Positions 1 to 9,050 are shown, counted from the stretch's first letter. The stretch is DNA of 64,000 bases from Candidatus Nomurabacteria bacterium (GCA_023898465.1 CP060223.1:768001-832000), one strand, 5' to 3'. Notes: a model not told the origin generated them from the sequence alone. Translations and numbers: made by a program.

Positions 1-239
1 CGCCCTTCACATAAAAAGGCTGCATGAGAAAATAGCGAACCGGTACGATAATCGCCAAGGCGATAATCACTACTTTTAACAGCTCGACAAAAAATAAGCC
101 GGCTGAAGTGGCAAATCCCGGAACTATCTTATCTTCACGACCAGCCATATCTGCCATTTTCCTAGTTCCAACTGGTTGTAATGATTTATCGTCCTTGGAA
201 TTTTTTGTAGACCGATATTCTGTTTTTGGCATAAGGCCG
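1..239 (-). CDS. lepB: signal peptidase I, N-terminal part (gene runs off the window start)
   Basis: My own minus-strand translation from the ATG at 237-239 gives MPKTEYRSTKNSKDDKSLQPVGTRKMADMAGREDKIVPGFATSAGLFFVELLKVVIIALAIIVPVRYFLMQPFYVKG, i.e. a TM helix then the SPase I IRxFLxxPFxV box. It is absent from the ORF track because it is partial. Confidence 0.55.
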
Positions 240-277
240 TTTTTGAAAAAATAGAAAGCGAATGAAGAAAAATTTCC

Positions 278-354
278 TGGTGGACGATGGAGGAGTCGAA
301 CCTCCGACCTCACGAATGTGAATCGTGCGCTCTAACCAACTGAGCTAATCGTCC
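278..354 (-). tRNA. tRNA-Val (anticodon CAC), CCA encoded
   Basis: Hand-folded cloverleaf: acceptor GGACGAT/ATCGTCC, D-arm GCTCAGTTGGTTAGAGC, anticodon loop UUCACAU, T-loop GGTTCGACTCC. Confidence 0.8.
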
Positions 355-503
355 ATAGCAGACCTACGCCACAGAATCATCCGAGAAAACCGGCCATTTT
401 CGTGAAAATCGAGTGCACAATACCACACAAAAGGGGCTGATTCAAGCTGGGACTAGGCAGACGCACCTGCTTTTGCCATACTGACTCCATAGCAACTTTT
501 CTT

Positions 504-1175
504 ATGGAAGCATTTGCCGCGTTTGACGCCTTTCTCCTTATTCTATGGATTCTCCTCCTGAGCCAAGGCCGGCTTAGGTCGATGCTCTTACTATCCAGCC
601 TATTGAGCATTCCGCTTGTGGTACTCGCCACGCTTTTGCAGCCTGACTACTATGATCCACCTGCTTTTACCTCGGCGCCAATTGATATCGAGCGGTTGAT
701 ATTTCTCTTCTTAGCTGGAGGAATTGCTGCCACGATATACCCAGCCATGAGTCGACAGTATTTTCTACCGATTAGCAATGGCCGAAATATGTGGCCGGAA
801 CGAGTTTTTGTCCCACTGGGAATTATCACGATAATTCTTTTGCCGCCCGTCCTCTTCCACTGGAGCGCTATGCACGCATTAGTACTCGGTGAAGTTGTAG
901 GCGTCTTGCTGGTTATCTGGATTGGCCGTGACCTGCGGAATATCATGCTTGGCTCTGCATTATTAAGCGGCCTAGGCTATTTCTTGCTGCTAAAGCTCTG
1001 GTCGCTCCTCTTCCCTGATGTCCTGGAGCTTTGGAACCCCGAAGCGTTTTGGGGCATTCACGTATTGAACGTACCTCTCGGAGAGCTCGTACTGGCGCTA
1101 CTCTTTGGCGCACTCTGGGGACCCCTGGTCGCGTTAATCTTTCACCGACACCTCACCCGTCAAACGCAACCGTAA
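504..1175 (+). CDS. polytopic membrane protein, unknown function
   Basis: 223-aa ORF that is hydrophobic throughout (about 6 predicted helices); no catalytic motif recognised. Confidence 0.4.
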   Translation: MEAFAAFDAFLLILWILLLSQGRLRSMLLLSSLLSIPLVVLATLLQPDYYDPPAFTSAPIDIERLIFLFLAGGIAATIYPAMSRQYFLPISNGRNMWPERVFVPLGIITIILLPPVLFHWSAMHALVLGEVVGVLLVIWIGRDLRNIMLGSALLSGLGYFLLLKLWSLLFPDVLELWNPEAFWGIHVLNVPLGELVLALLFGALWGPLVALIFHRHLTRQTQP

Positions 1176-1222
1176 CGCAGATGGCTGCGTCACGGCTACG
1201 GGGATATTCAACGTACACTCAA

Positions 1223-1780
1223 CTATAGCTCGCTAGCTGGTCCACGGCCACGGGGGTGTCCAAAGCCATGACCCATACTATCGTCTGCTTGATGAGCGGC
1301 ACGCATTTTTTCGTGTAGCTCGACATGGCTAATGCCATATTGGTCGAGCAATTCAGGAAAGCTCTTGCTCTCCAGCTCTGTTTGGAGCTCATCCACACTG
1401 ATGCCGAGGATGTCGGCTTTTGTCTGCAACATGGATTGATAACGAGTTTGTGTCTCGCTTACCCGCTGGTTAATTTCATCCTCACTCAAGCCCTGCTCGC
1501 TGAGACGCGTTCGCAGTTGCTCAAGCATCTTGGCGTGAAATTCCTCTTGGGTAAGACCTTGCTCCTCCACGATATCGCGGAGATCTTTTGTCTCTAACTC
1601 GGATCGAAGCGCATCTGCGTCGAGACCGAGGATCTCTGCGGTGTCGTCAACTTGTTGCCCACCCTTGCCCATGCCAAAGAGGCCATGAGCTGAAGCGATA
1701 TTGCTTACCAGCGCAGTTGCGCCGATAATGCCCATAACCGCTACGGTGGCAAAGAGTACTTTGTGCTGCATTGTAGTCAC
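1223..1780 (-). CDS. secreted repeat protein with LTxxQ-like motifs (possibly CpxP/Spy-like periplasmic stress protein)
   Basis: Signal peptide (VLFATVAVMGIIGATALV); internal repeats ELETKDLRDIVEEQGLTQEEFHAKMLEQ / ELESKSFPELLDQYGISHVELHEKM; lies directly downstream of the ECF sigma/anti-sigma pair. Confidence 0.4.
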   Translation of the reverse strand: MTTMQHKVLFATVAVMGIIGATALVSNIASAHGLFGMGKGGQQVDDTAEILGLDADALRSELETKDLRDIVEEQGLTQEEFHAKMLEQLRTRLSEQGLSEDEINQRVSETQTRYQSMLQTKADILGISVDELQTELESKSFPELLDQYGISHVELHEKMRAAHQADDSMGHGFGHPRGRGPASEL

Positions 1781-1834
1781 CTCCTCAGGTTTAATGTGTC
1801 TGTCATTACTACAATGCAGGGAGGGATTTTCTTT

Positions 1835-2554
1835 CTAGTACGCGTTTTCGCGATAATAATGATAGACTCGCGGCTGACGTCCAGGTAAGCTCACGTGCAG
1901 TATTTCATCAGCGTTATAGCTGCTCGCGTCAATCCGATCGCCTAACACCTGTGCCCACTCACCAACCCGAATTGGCACATCAGGCCGAATCAAGGTGTCG
2001 TTGGCATAGTAGATAACAAAGTCATTTCCATTTGGCGCTACCAGGAGAAAACCAGGGTCACTTACCTCGACAATTTTTCCTGATACCCAGCTATCGCCTG
2101 AGTAACGCTCATGCATTATCGGCTCTAGGAAGCGAATACCACGCGCTGAATCTGGCACGCCAGCTTGATCAAGTAAAACAGCAAAGAGCGTGACGCCGCC
2201 GACCATGCCAACCGCTACCCATAGAAAGGTGTGCTTGTAAGAAAACTCGTACTTGCGCATCAGCCAAATACCTAGAGTGATACCAACTACTGCGACGAAA
2301 ATTGGGATCCACGGCACGTTCTCGATAAATGGACCAATACCGCCGTGACCAAGGTAGCTCAAAGGCTGGTGCACGCGTAATCGATAGAGCACCACGCTGA
2401 AGAAGAAGAGCGTCAGCGCCATACTAGCCAATAATCCAACGCTCAGCGCTATACCACCTATGATGAAATAGGCCTTCGGGCGCATCTGGAGTTTTTGCTC
2501 CTTAATCTCCTGTGTAATTTGTTCAGCCAGTGACGGCTTGGGTTTCTCGTTCAT
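1835..2554 (-). CDS. putative membrane-anchored anti-sigma factor
   Basis: 239 aa with several TM helices, overlapping the 3' end of the ECF sigma gene by 32 nt (co-transcribed). Call is by position and topology only. Confidence 0.4.
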   Translation of the reverse strand: MNEKPKPSLAEQITQEIKEQKLQMRPKAYFIIGGIALSVGLLASMALTLFFFSVVLYRLRVHQPLSYLGHGGIGPFIENVPWIPIFVAVVGITLGIWLMRKYEFSYKHTFLWVAVGMVGGVTLFAVLLDQAGVPDSARGIRFLEPIMHERYSGDSWVSGKIVEVSDPGFLLVAPNGNDFVIYYANDTLIRPDVPIRVGEWAQVLGDRIDASSYNADEILHVSLPGRQPRVYHYYRENAY

Positions 2555-3095
2555 ACAAAGTTTTGAGTAACTTTTTACCCCGGTTAATACGCGTCCCCAC
2601 TGTCCCGATCGGAATGTGGAGCACGTCGCGAATTTCTTCGTATACTAAATCTTGAAAGTAGAAAAGGATGAGCGGCTCTCGATATTTAATATCCAACTTA
2701 TCGAGGCATCGCTCAAGCATGCGACGAATTTCTTTGCGCTCAAATTTTTCCTGGGCGCTCTCTTTGGTATCCGGCACCACATGCACTTCCGGCGTTTCAT
2801 CAATCGACACTTCTCGTTTGTGTTTTTTCAATTCATTCATGGCCTCATTATGCACGATGCGATATATCCAGCTAGAAAACTTTTTCTTCACTTGGAAACC
2901 TTGTAAGTTTACAAAGGCCTTGATAAAAGCCGATTGCAAAACGTCCTCCGCCCTATCCGGATCTTTCACCAGAGTGAGCGCATAACGTCGCAAGCGCTCT
3001 TCATATCGCTCTACTACAAAACGGTAGAGTTCTTGATCGCGTTCGCGAACCTGGACAACAAGCTCTTCATCGCTCAATTCGGCTGGGTCTGGCAT
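2523..3095 (-). CDS. ECF-family RNA polymerase sigma-70 factor
   Basis: Region 2 (FIKAFVNLQGF...FSSWIYRIVHNEAMN) and region 4 (YREPLILFYFQDLVYEEIRDVLHIPIGTVGTRINRGKKLLK) motifs; 190 aa. Confidence 0.8.
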   Translation of the reverse strand: MPDPAELSDEELVVQVRERDQELYRFVVERYEERLRRYALTLVKDPDRAEDVLQSAFIKAFVNLQGFQVKKKFSSWIYRIVHNEAMNELKKHKREVSIDETPEVHVVPDTKESAQEKFERKEIRRMLERCLDKLDIKYREPLILFYFQDLVYEEIRDVLHIPIGTVGTRINRGKKLLKTLYERETQAVTG

Positions 3096-3217
3096 ACGGT
3101 ATATATACTACACTAAAAGGCGATTTTTTATTTCAAAGCCTATTTGACACTCCAAAAAATGGGCAGTAGAGTGGACAAGCGATTCCACCACATCTAGCCG
3201 AAAGTAAGGAGGGCAAG

Positions 3218-3523
3218 ATGTCCTTGGTCGTTGTAACACATGATGGTAGCCTGCCATGCAACCGTGGAGGCACGGGTAGGCGTGTTGGCTACTTCTCGCC
3301 TGAATCGCGGATGTATTTCCCTCTGACCGGGGGCAGTGTCTACATCCCGATTCCTCCGCCACCGCCCAAACCTCCAAACTACTTCGAACTTCCGAGAACC
3401 ACCTGGCGTGACCGCTGCATCGAGTGTAATGGTCACACGAGCTGGAAGAGGAAGAAACTCGAAGGCGGCGTGCGTGAGGTCAAGGTCTGCGAAGAGTGTG
3501 GCAAGCTGATGCGTCCGTACTAG
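3218..3523 (+). CDS. small zinc-ribbon protein (CxxC-x17-CxxC), hypothetical
   Basis: GC-rich ORF preceded by an AAGGAGG Shine-Dalgarno; RCIECNGH...VCEECGK four-Cys ribbon; proline run PIPPPPPKPP. Confidence 0.4.
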   Translation: MSLVVVTHDGSLPCNRGGTGRRVGYFSPESRMYFPLTGGSVYIPIPPPPPKPPNYFELPRTTWRDRCIECNGHTSWKRKKLEGGVREVKVCEECGKLMRPY

Positions 3524-3535
3524 AGCGTCCGTGGA

Positions 3536-3567
3536 CCGCTTCTCAATCTGAGAGGCGGTCTTTTTTC
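3536..3567 (+). terminator. intrinsic terminator / REP-like hairpin (CCGCTTCTC..GAGAGGCGG + T-run)
   Basis: Stem CCGCUUCUC/GAGAGGCGG followed by UCUUUUUU, then TTGACA; near-identical to the unit at 4047-4087. Confidence 0.5.
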
Positions 3568-3643
3568 TTGACAGTGCAGCGTATTGTCGTTAAGGTGCTG
3601 GGTCGGAAACTGGACATTCACAAACGCAATGAAGGAGGGACTG

Positions 3644-4035
3644 TGTCATACGATCCAAACGCTTTTTTCCCGCCCTACATGAATTCGACCAACGAGGGTA
3701 ACCAGCATAGCGCCGGCATGCACGTGGTCGGGCTGCAGTTCTTCTTGGACGGCCTGATCATCGGCGGCAAGATCAACGCGCCACTCATCCCGATCACCGG
3801 AATGACTGACGAGGCCACGGCGAACGCGGTGAAAGCGCTCCAGCGCGAGCTCGGCATGAGCGACGTTGATGGCAACTTCGGCCAGGGTACCAGGGAAGCC
3901 CTGCTCCGTGCCACCAGCTTCAACTTCAACACGATCCCTGGATCGATCCGTACCATCCAGGGAATCTGGATCGACCCGGACGGAAATCTCAAGCCTTGGC
4001 CCCTGGCGTTCACCGACGATCTGCCCGGCGACTAG
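3644..4035 (+). CDS. peptidoglycan-binding (PG_binding_1) domain protein
   Basis: GAAGGAGGG then GTG at 3644 (ATG at 3679 is an alternative start). Motif TGMTDEATANAVKALQRELGMSDVDGNFGQGTREAL is typical of PG_binding_1. Confidence 0.5.
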
Positions 4036-4046
4036 GACCCACCCGC

Positions 4047-4084
4047 GCCGCCTCTTCTTTCACGGAGAGGCGGTCTTTTCTTTT
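4047..4084 (+). terminator. intrinsic terminator / REP-like hairpin, second copy
   Basis: CCGCCTCTTC...GAGAGGCGG followed by TCTTTTCTTTT; 21/24 nt identical to 3550-3573. Confidence 0.5.
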
Positions 4085-4110
4085 GACCTCGCAGCATCTT
4101 GGATGTATGT
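4082..4110 (+). promoter_or_regulatory. sigma70-like promoter upstream of the transposase (TTGACC-17-TATGTT)
   Basis: -35 TTGACC at 4082-4087, 17-nt spacer, -10 TATGTT at 4105-4110; the transposase start is about 37 nt downstream. Confidence 0.4.
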
Positions 4111-4146
4111 TACACACAGACAAAGGTGGCGCCTTAGGGTTACCTT

Positions 4147-4722
4147 TTGACCCAGCGCAGAATTTATCAAAACACATACCCATACCATCTCACCACGGTA
4201 ACGAAAAACCGACGGTGGGCATTTCGAGATGTGAAACTAGCATGGAAATTGCACCAGGCAATTCTTGGCGCGTGTTTTGTTAAAGGTTACACCGCGCTGG
4301 CATTTTGCATATTACCGGACCATATACATTTGTTGGTTTGGAAGCATATCCCAGCGCGGGTAGGAGAACCCACGCTGGGCCTGGATGAAATACAAACACA
4401 ATTATTATTCCCCGAAGCCCAGCGCGCGTTCTCTAACGTGCGCGATAACAACCATGATGACATTTCATACTTAATGAAATCAATAAAAGGCACCTTTGCT
4501 CGATCAATTTCCTCCGGCCCCATCTGGCAACCCAGCTTCAATTCCCGCATCGTCGACTCTGATCAACGCCTCTACAACACACTGCAGTATATTCAATATA
4601 ATTATCGTAAACATAAACTACCCGCACACTATGGCCAAGCACCATATACCTTTCTTAATATCCCAAAAAGCATTTACAACATTGACCAAAACCGGTTTTT
4701 CTCGTACGATGGCAGAGATTGA
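4147..4722 (+). CDS. IS200-like / REP-associated tyrosine transposase (HuH Y1 transposase, RAYT-like)
   Basis: HuH motif LPDHIHLLV; downstream Tyr-containing helix LQYIQYNYRKHKL resembles the YIxxNPxK helix of TnpA_IS200/RAYT; 191 aa, a typical size. Confidence 0.65.
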   Translation: MTQRRIYQNTYPYHLTTVTKNRRWAFRDVKLAWKLHQAILGACFVKGYTALAFCILPDHIHLLVWKHIPARVGEPTLGLDEIQTQLLFPEAQRAFSNVRDNNHDDISYLMKSIKGTFARSISSGPIWQPSFNSRIVDSDQRLYNTLQYIQYNYRKHKLPAHYGQAPYTFLNIPKSIYNIDQNRFFSYDGRD

Positions 4723-6303
4723 TTGGACTTATGTATGCCGGCACCTCGCGCCAAAAAGACCACAAAGAAAAACCCGCCAAAGCAAGCGTCTGAAAAAATA
4801 GCAGAGGCTCAAATTATCATACCTGAGGCATCACCAGCGATAGAGATACCCAAGACTGCAACTCCACACTTCTTTGGATGGAAATTTTTTGTTGTGCTGG
4901 GAATTATCACTGGACTTTCCATGGGCTTTGCTACTTTTTCACGTGTCATTGATCCTCCAAATACCAATGGCGCAGTCGGCACCGAGCAACTCTCCCTACT
5001 CCAACACATTAATCAGCTGGTGGAGAATCAAAACAGACCTTTGCAAGGTGAGTCACGCGACCGGGTGAATATCCTCCTGCTGGGTATTGGCGGCGAAGGA
5101 CACGAGGGCGCCCTTTTAGCCGATACTATCATCCTGGCCAGTCTCCAACCCTCAACTGGAAAAATTGCACTGCTCTCTATCCCTCGTGACTTCTATGTTC
5201 CTATCCCGGGATATGATTGGCGCAAAATTAACAACGCAAATGCTTTTGGAGAAGTAGACGACTACCCGGGCGGTGGTGAACGCTTAACCGCTGATGTGCT
5301 CGAAGATATCTTAGATGTTGATATTCCTTATACTGCGAGAATCGATTTCAACGGCTTCATTCAAATGGTGGATAATCTCGGCGGCATAAGTGTTGATGTG
5401 GAAAAAGGCTTTGTCGACACACGATACCCAACCGAGAACTATGGGTATCAAACCATTCGCTTCGATGCCGGTCGTCAGACCATGGACGGCGAAACTGCAT
5501 TGAAGTTTGTCCGTTCGCGTAAAAGCACTTCTGACTTTGATCGATCGCGACGCCAACAACTCGTTTTACTTGCCCTCCGACAAAAGGCCCTCAACTTCGG
5601 CACTCTGATAAACCCTAGCCGCATATCGGACGTCCTCGGCAGTCTTTCAAGCAATGCACACACAAATATGGAACTATGGGAAATCCTGCGTCTCGCTGAA
5701 CTGGTTGAAGACGCTGACACCACAAACATAATCAATGTCATCCTGGATAGCAGCGCCGACAGTCCGCTTATGGATGATCGCACAACTGTTGACAATGCCT
5801 ACATCGTCCGACCAAGAAAAGGTTGGGATGACTGGTCAGAGCTCCAAGATATTGCCAACAACATCTTTCAACGGGAGGGTGAAGCACAACCCTTAACTGC
5901 TTCCGTGGTCGTACAAAACGGCACTCGTACCGTGGGTCTGGCCAGTGAAACTGCAGACATACTGGAGAGCTACGGACTCGAGGTTATCGATATCGGGAAC
6001 ACAAGCGTCCGTGGTTATACGCAAACCTATATTTATGATATTAGTAATGGTGAAAAGGCTATGGCATTAGCAGCACTGAGACAGGCCCTACCTTTTGCTC
6101 ATGTGTACTCTAAGACCCCGCTCTATCTCAACCCCGACGCACTACTGACCACAGACCTCAGCGGCCGAATTACCGAGATAGCAGTCGAATTACAACAAGA
6201 AACCCATCCTGACTTTGTCGTTATCCTAGGCGACGATACTGATCCTGATGTACTCTTATCTCACAGCAAGACAAGTAGCTCCTCACTGATAACCAGTCGA
6301 TAG
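4723..6303 (+). CDS. LytR-CpsA-Psr (LCP) family cell-wall polymer ligase
   Basis: N-terminal TM; LCP core RVNILLLGIGGEG...ADTIILAS...LSIPRDFYVPIPG...TARIDFNGFIQMVDNLGGISVDV...ETALKFVRSRK; LytR_C-like C-terminus. Start is TTG at 4723 or ATG at 4735. Confidence 0.8.
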   Translation: MDLCMPAPRAKKTTKKNPPKQASEKIAEAQIIIPEASPAIEIPKTATPHFFGWKFFVVLGIITGLSMGFATFSRVIDPPNTNGAVGTEQLSLLQHINQLVENQNRPLQGESRDRVNILLLGIGGEGHEGALLADTIILASLQPSTGKIALLSIPRDFYVPIPGYDWRKINNANAFGEVDDYPGGGERLTADVLEDILDVDIPYTARIDFNGFIQMVDNLGGISVDVEKGFVDTRYPTENYGYQTIRFDAGRQTMDGETALKFVRSRKSTSDFDRSRRQQLVLLALRQKALNFGTLINPSRISDVLGSLSSNAHTNMELWEILRLAELVEDADTTNIINVILDSSADSPLMDDRTTVDNAYIVRPRKGWDDWSELQDIANNIFQREGEAQPLTASVVVQNGTRTVGLASETADILESYGLEVIDIGNTSVRGYTQTYIYDISNGEKAMALAALRQALPFAHVYSKTPLYLNPDALLTTDLSGRITEIAVELQQETHPDFVVILGDDTDPDVLLSHSKTSSSSLITSR

Positions 6304-6305
6304 TC

Positions 6306-7640
6306 ATGGCACAACAAATCAACGTCACCATCATTGGCAGAACCAATGTTGGCAAGTCCCGTCTCTTTAATCGTCTCACAGAATCGCGAGGTGCTATTGT
6401 GGCACCTGAATCAGGCACTACTCGGGATATGAATGCGAAAGAAATCGAGTGGCGAGACACACGCTTCAATTTAATCGATACAGGTGGATGGACTATTAAC
6501 GAGGATGACGAAATTTCTACTGCAATACGCAAGCGAACTGAGCGAGCAGTCCGCGAAGCAAAGCTGCTGCTCTTTGTCGTTGATGGACGGGCTGACCTAA
6601 CACATGAGGATCTCCAATTTGCAGCCTGGATACGGAAACAGAAAAAACCTTGTCTGCTGGTAGTGAATAAGATCGAAAGCACACCGGCGGAACGACGCAT
6701 CCCAACCGAAATTCATCGCCTCGGACTTGGCTCTGCCTATGCAGTATCAGCTGCCAATGGACGCGGCAGCGGTGATCTGCTCGATGTTATTGTTGAGAAG
6801 CTAGGCGGCGCTAGTGCGCAAACAAAAGATCCAGGTTTAAGGATCGCCTTTATCGGGAGACCAAACGTTGGGAAATCCTCTCTCATGAACGCCATCCTGA
6901 ACGATGACCGCGTCTTAGTCAGTCCACAACCTTTTACTACCCGCGACGCTATTTCCGTTCCTTTCACCTGGAAAGAGAAAAAATTCACCCTGGTGGATAC
7001 TGCTGGATTACGTCGCCGCGTCCGCGTGCCACGCAAAAGTTTAGAAGCTGAAGGAGCTGATATCAGTCGCCAAACTATGCATGCTGTCGATGTATTGGTG
7101 CTCGTGCTCGACCTTAGTGAGCGTATTAGCGCCCAAGACCGTACGCTCATAGTTGAAGCGATGAAGGCTGTCCCAGCTATGGTCATCGCTGCAAATAAAT
7201 GGGACTTGGTGACTGAAAAAGACGCAACCACGCTCTTTACTATGGAAAAAGATATTCGCAGCCATCTCAGCTTTGTCCACTGGGCACCGATTGTATTTGT
7301 TTCTGCATTTGAAAAAACACGCGTAGCAAACCTGCTTGAAAAAGCCCAAAGCGCCTGGCACAACGCACAACGCAAACTTTCTGATAACGAATTAGAAGCG
7401 TTCCGAGATCAACTCATCCGCCGTCATCCCCCCACGAAAGGAAAGGGCGCTCGACGTCCACGCATCAGAGTAATTACGCAAATACGTACCGCTCCGCCAC
7501 ACTTTGATATCACCATAGGACCAAAGGAGGATTTACATCCTAACTATCTCGCTTTTGTTGAACGCATGCTTCGAGAACGCTATGATTTTGAAGGCAGCGC
7601 TATTCACCTCTCTATCCGTAAACCAAAGATTAACCGATGA
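6306..7640 (+). CDS. der: ribosome-biogenesis GTPase Der (EngA), two GTPase domains plus KH-like C-terminus
   Basis: IIGRTNVGKSRLFNRL...DTGG and IAFIGRPNVGKSSLMNAIL...DTAG; NKxD motifs; stop overlaps the pth start (ATGA). Confidence 0.9.
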   Translation: MAQQINVTIIGRTNVGKSRLFNRLTESRGAIVAPESGTTRDMNAKEIEWRDTRFNLIDTGGWTINEDDEISTAIRKRTERAVREAKLLLFVVDGRADLTHEDLQFAAWIRKQKKPCLLVVNKIESTPAERRIPTEIHRLGLGSAYAVSAANGRGSGDLLDVIVEKLGGASAQTKDPGLRIAFIGRPNVGKSSLMNAILNDDRVLVSPQPFTTRDAISVPFTWKEKKFTLVDTAGLRRRVRVPRKSLEAEGADISRQTMHAVDVLVLVLDLSERISAQDRTLIVEAMKAVPAMVIAANKWDLVTEKDATTLFTMEKDIRSHLSFVHWAPIVFVSAFEKTRVANLLEKAQSAWHNAQRKLSDNELEAFRDQLIRRHPPTKGKGARRPRIRVITQIRTAPPHFDITIGPKEDLHPNYLAFVERMLRERYDFEGSAIHLSIRKPKINR

Positions 7641-8167
7641 AATGCATTGTTGGACTAGGTAACCCTGGCACGAAATATGACGACACCCGCCATAACCTGG
7701 GCTTCGCACTGGTTGACGCAATTGTTGAGCACCTTGAGTTAGCGCCTTTTCAAGAGCAGAGTAAATTTAAAGCTGAGATGACCCGCAATGATGATCCTAT
7801 CCATCATTGGTTTTTCATGAAGCCACAAACCTACATGAATAACTCTGGTGAGGCAGTTGGTGAGTTTGTCCGATTCTATAAACTTCCGCTCAATGATTTA
7901 CTGGTTATTCACGATGATCTTGATTTACCTTTCGGTGAAATAAAGCATGTTGTTGATCGCGGACCGGCTGGACATAATGGAGTACAATCAATCATCGATG
8001 TTGTGGGCTCACAAGCTTTTCATCGTATCCGCATCGGCATTGGATCAAACAAGGAACTAGGCATTCCCTCTGAGGACTACGTTCTGCAAAAATTCAACAC
8101 TGAGGAAAAGCAAAAAATCTCCGAGCTACTCGAGCCTGTCCTCAACATCATTCTGAACTGGGCCTAA
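7637..8167 (+). CDS. pth: peptidyl-tRNA hydrolase
   Basis: MKCIVGLGNPGTKYDDTRHNLGF...YMNNSGEAV...HDDLDLPFG...GHNG. Confidence 0.9.
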   Translation: MKCIVGLGNPGTKYDDTRHNLGFALVDAIVEHLELAPFQEQSKFKAEMTRNDDPIHHWFFMKPQTYMNNSGEAVGEFVRFYKLPLNDLLVIHDDLDLPFGEIKHVVDRGPAGHNGVQSIIDVVGSQAFHRIRIGIGSNKELGIPSEDYVLQKFNTEEKQKISELLEPVLNIILNWA

Positions 8168-8195
8168 AGAAAAAACGCCAGTGTCAGTTTTCCTA

Positions 8196-8223
8196 CGAGT
8201 GCGGGGCTTCACACTCTTTTTTG
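8196..8223 (+). terminator. intrinsic terminator after pth
   Basis: GAGTG-CGGGGCTTCA-CACTC followed by TTTTTT. Confidence 0.5.
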
Positions 8224-8351
8224 TAGTACTTACCAACACTGGCGTTGCAGGTCCGGAGGGTCGTCCGGACAGAGAAGGACATCGGCCGCGCTTGGCGAGA
8301 AGGAAGCGAGCTTCAATGCGAGTCTCACTCAAGCAACGACCGACGTCCATG

Positions 8352-8423
8352 TGCCGTGGGAGGGATTCGAACCCCCAACCTTCAGATTACGAGTCAGATG
8401 CTCTACCACTGAGCTACCACGGC
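8352..8423 (-). tRNA. tRNA-Thr (anticodon CGU)
   Basis: Hand-folded: acceptor GCCGTGG/CCACGGC, D-arm GCTCAGTGGTAGAGC, anticodon loop CUCGUAA, T-loop GGTTCGAATCC; one U-U mismatch in the anticodon stem. Confidence 0.7.
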
Positions 8424-8579
8424 AGCTGTGTTGCGGGTCCTCAGGGCCTGCATGCTCTTCCCAGCGTACTGGACACTTTGGGCTGCAACACAACTTTTTA
8501 AGGACAGGCCGGGAAAATCCCGGGGGTGTTTATCTATGCACCTCTCGGTGAACTGATGGTATTTCACCTGTCCAAGATG

Positions 8580-8650
8580 AGCGGGAGACGGGATTTGAAC
8601 CCGCGACCTTCCGCCAGAGGCGGCTGCTCTGCCAACTGAGCTACGCCCGC
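8580..8650 (-). tRNA. tRNA-like gene with degenerate anticodon arm (possible pseudogene, identity unresolved)
   Basis: Good acceptor, D-arm (GCTCAGTTGGCAGAGC) and T-arm (GCGGGTTCAAATCCCGT), but the region between them is about 2 nt short and folds as CCGCC-UCU-GGCGG rather than a 5-bp/7-nt anticodon arm. Confidence 0.4.
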
Positions 8651-8796
8651 AAAAAAGAACGGACTAAGAATGTAGCGTATCCCCAAAAAGCTGTCAACCC
8701 TGTACCAGGCTTGGTGCGAGGTCAACCCTATCGTTCGCGAACTACGGAATCAAGAAAAAGGGAGATGCCATCAATGATGAACATCTCCCGAAGATT

Positions 8797-8868
8797 TGGT
8801 ACCTCCTGGAATCGAACCAGGGTAACCCGATTTTCAGTCGAGCACTCTACCAACTGAGTTAAGGTACC
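8797..8868 (-). tRNA. tRNA-Phe (anticodon GAA)
   Basis: Acceptor GGTACCT/AGGTACC, D-arm ACTCAGTTGGTAGAGT, anticodon loop CUGAAAA, T-loop GGTTCGATTCC. Confidence 0.75.
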
Positions 8869-8956
8869 GCTAGAGCGTGGCGGAAAGGCGAAGGACTTTC
8901 ACCAACTCACTGATCAAGACCAGCGTGTCCTCGGGGACGCCTTTCCAGAACAGATG

Positions 8957-9028
8957 AGGCGGGTCAAGGATTTGAACCTCGGAATCGCGGATTTGAAGAC
9001 CGCTGCCTTACCACTTGGCTAACCCGCC
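8957..9028 (-). tRNA. tRNA with apparent UCA anticodon (Trp-like anticodon arm; would decode UGA/UGG)
   Basis: Acceptor GGCGGGT/ACCCGCC, anticodon arm GCGGU-CUUCAAA-UCCGC (compare canonical Trp CCGGU-CUCCAAA-ACCGG), T-arm CGAGGTTCAAATCCTTG. Genes in the window use TGA as a stop, so the anticodon assignment needs tRNAscan-SE. Confidence 0.5.
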
Positions 9029-9050
9029 TTTCAACCTATAAGTTAGAGAG

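Noticed and set aside
4496-4801. ORF 4496-4801(+), overlapping the transposase 3' end and the LCP 5' end
   Set aside because: It is an alternate frame of two well-supported genes.
8181-8551. ORFs 8181-8501(+) and 8351-8551(+)
   Set aside because: They overlap the pth terminator and the tRNA-Thr gene on the opposite strand, have no RBS and are low-complexity.
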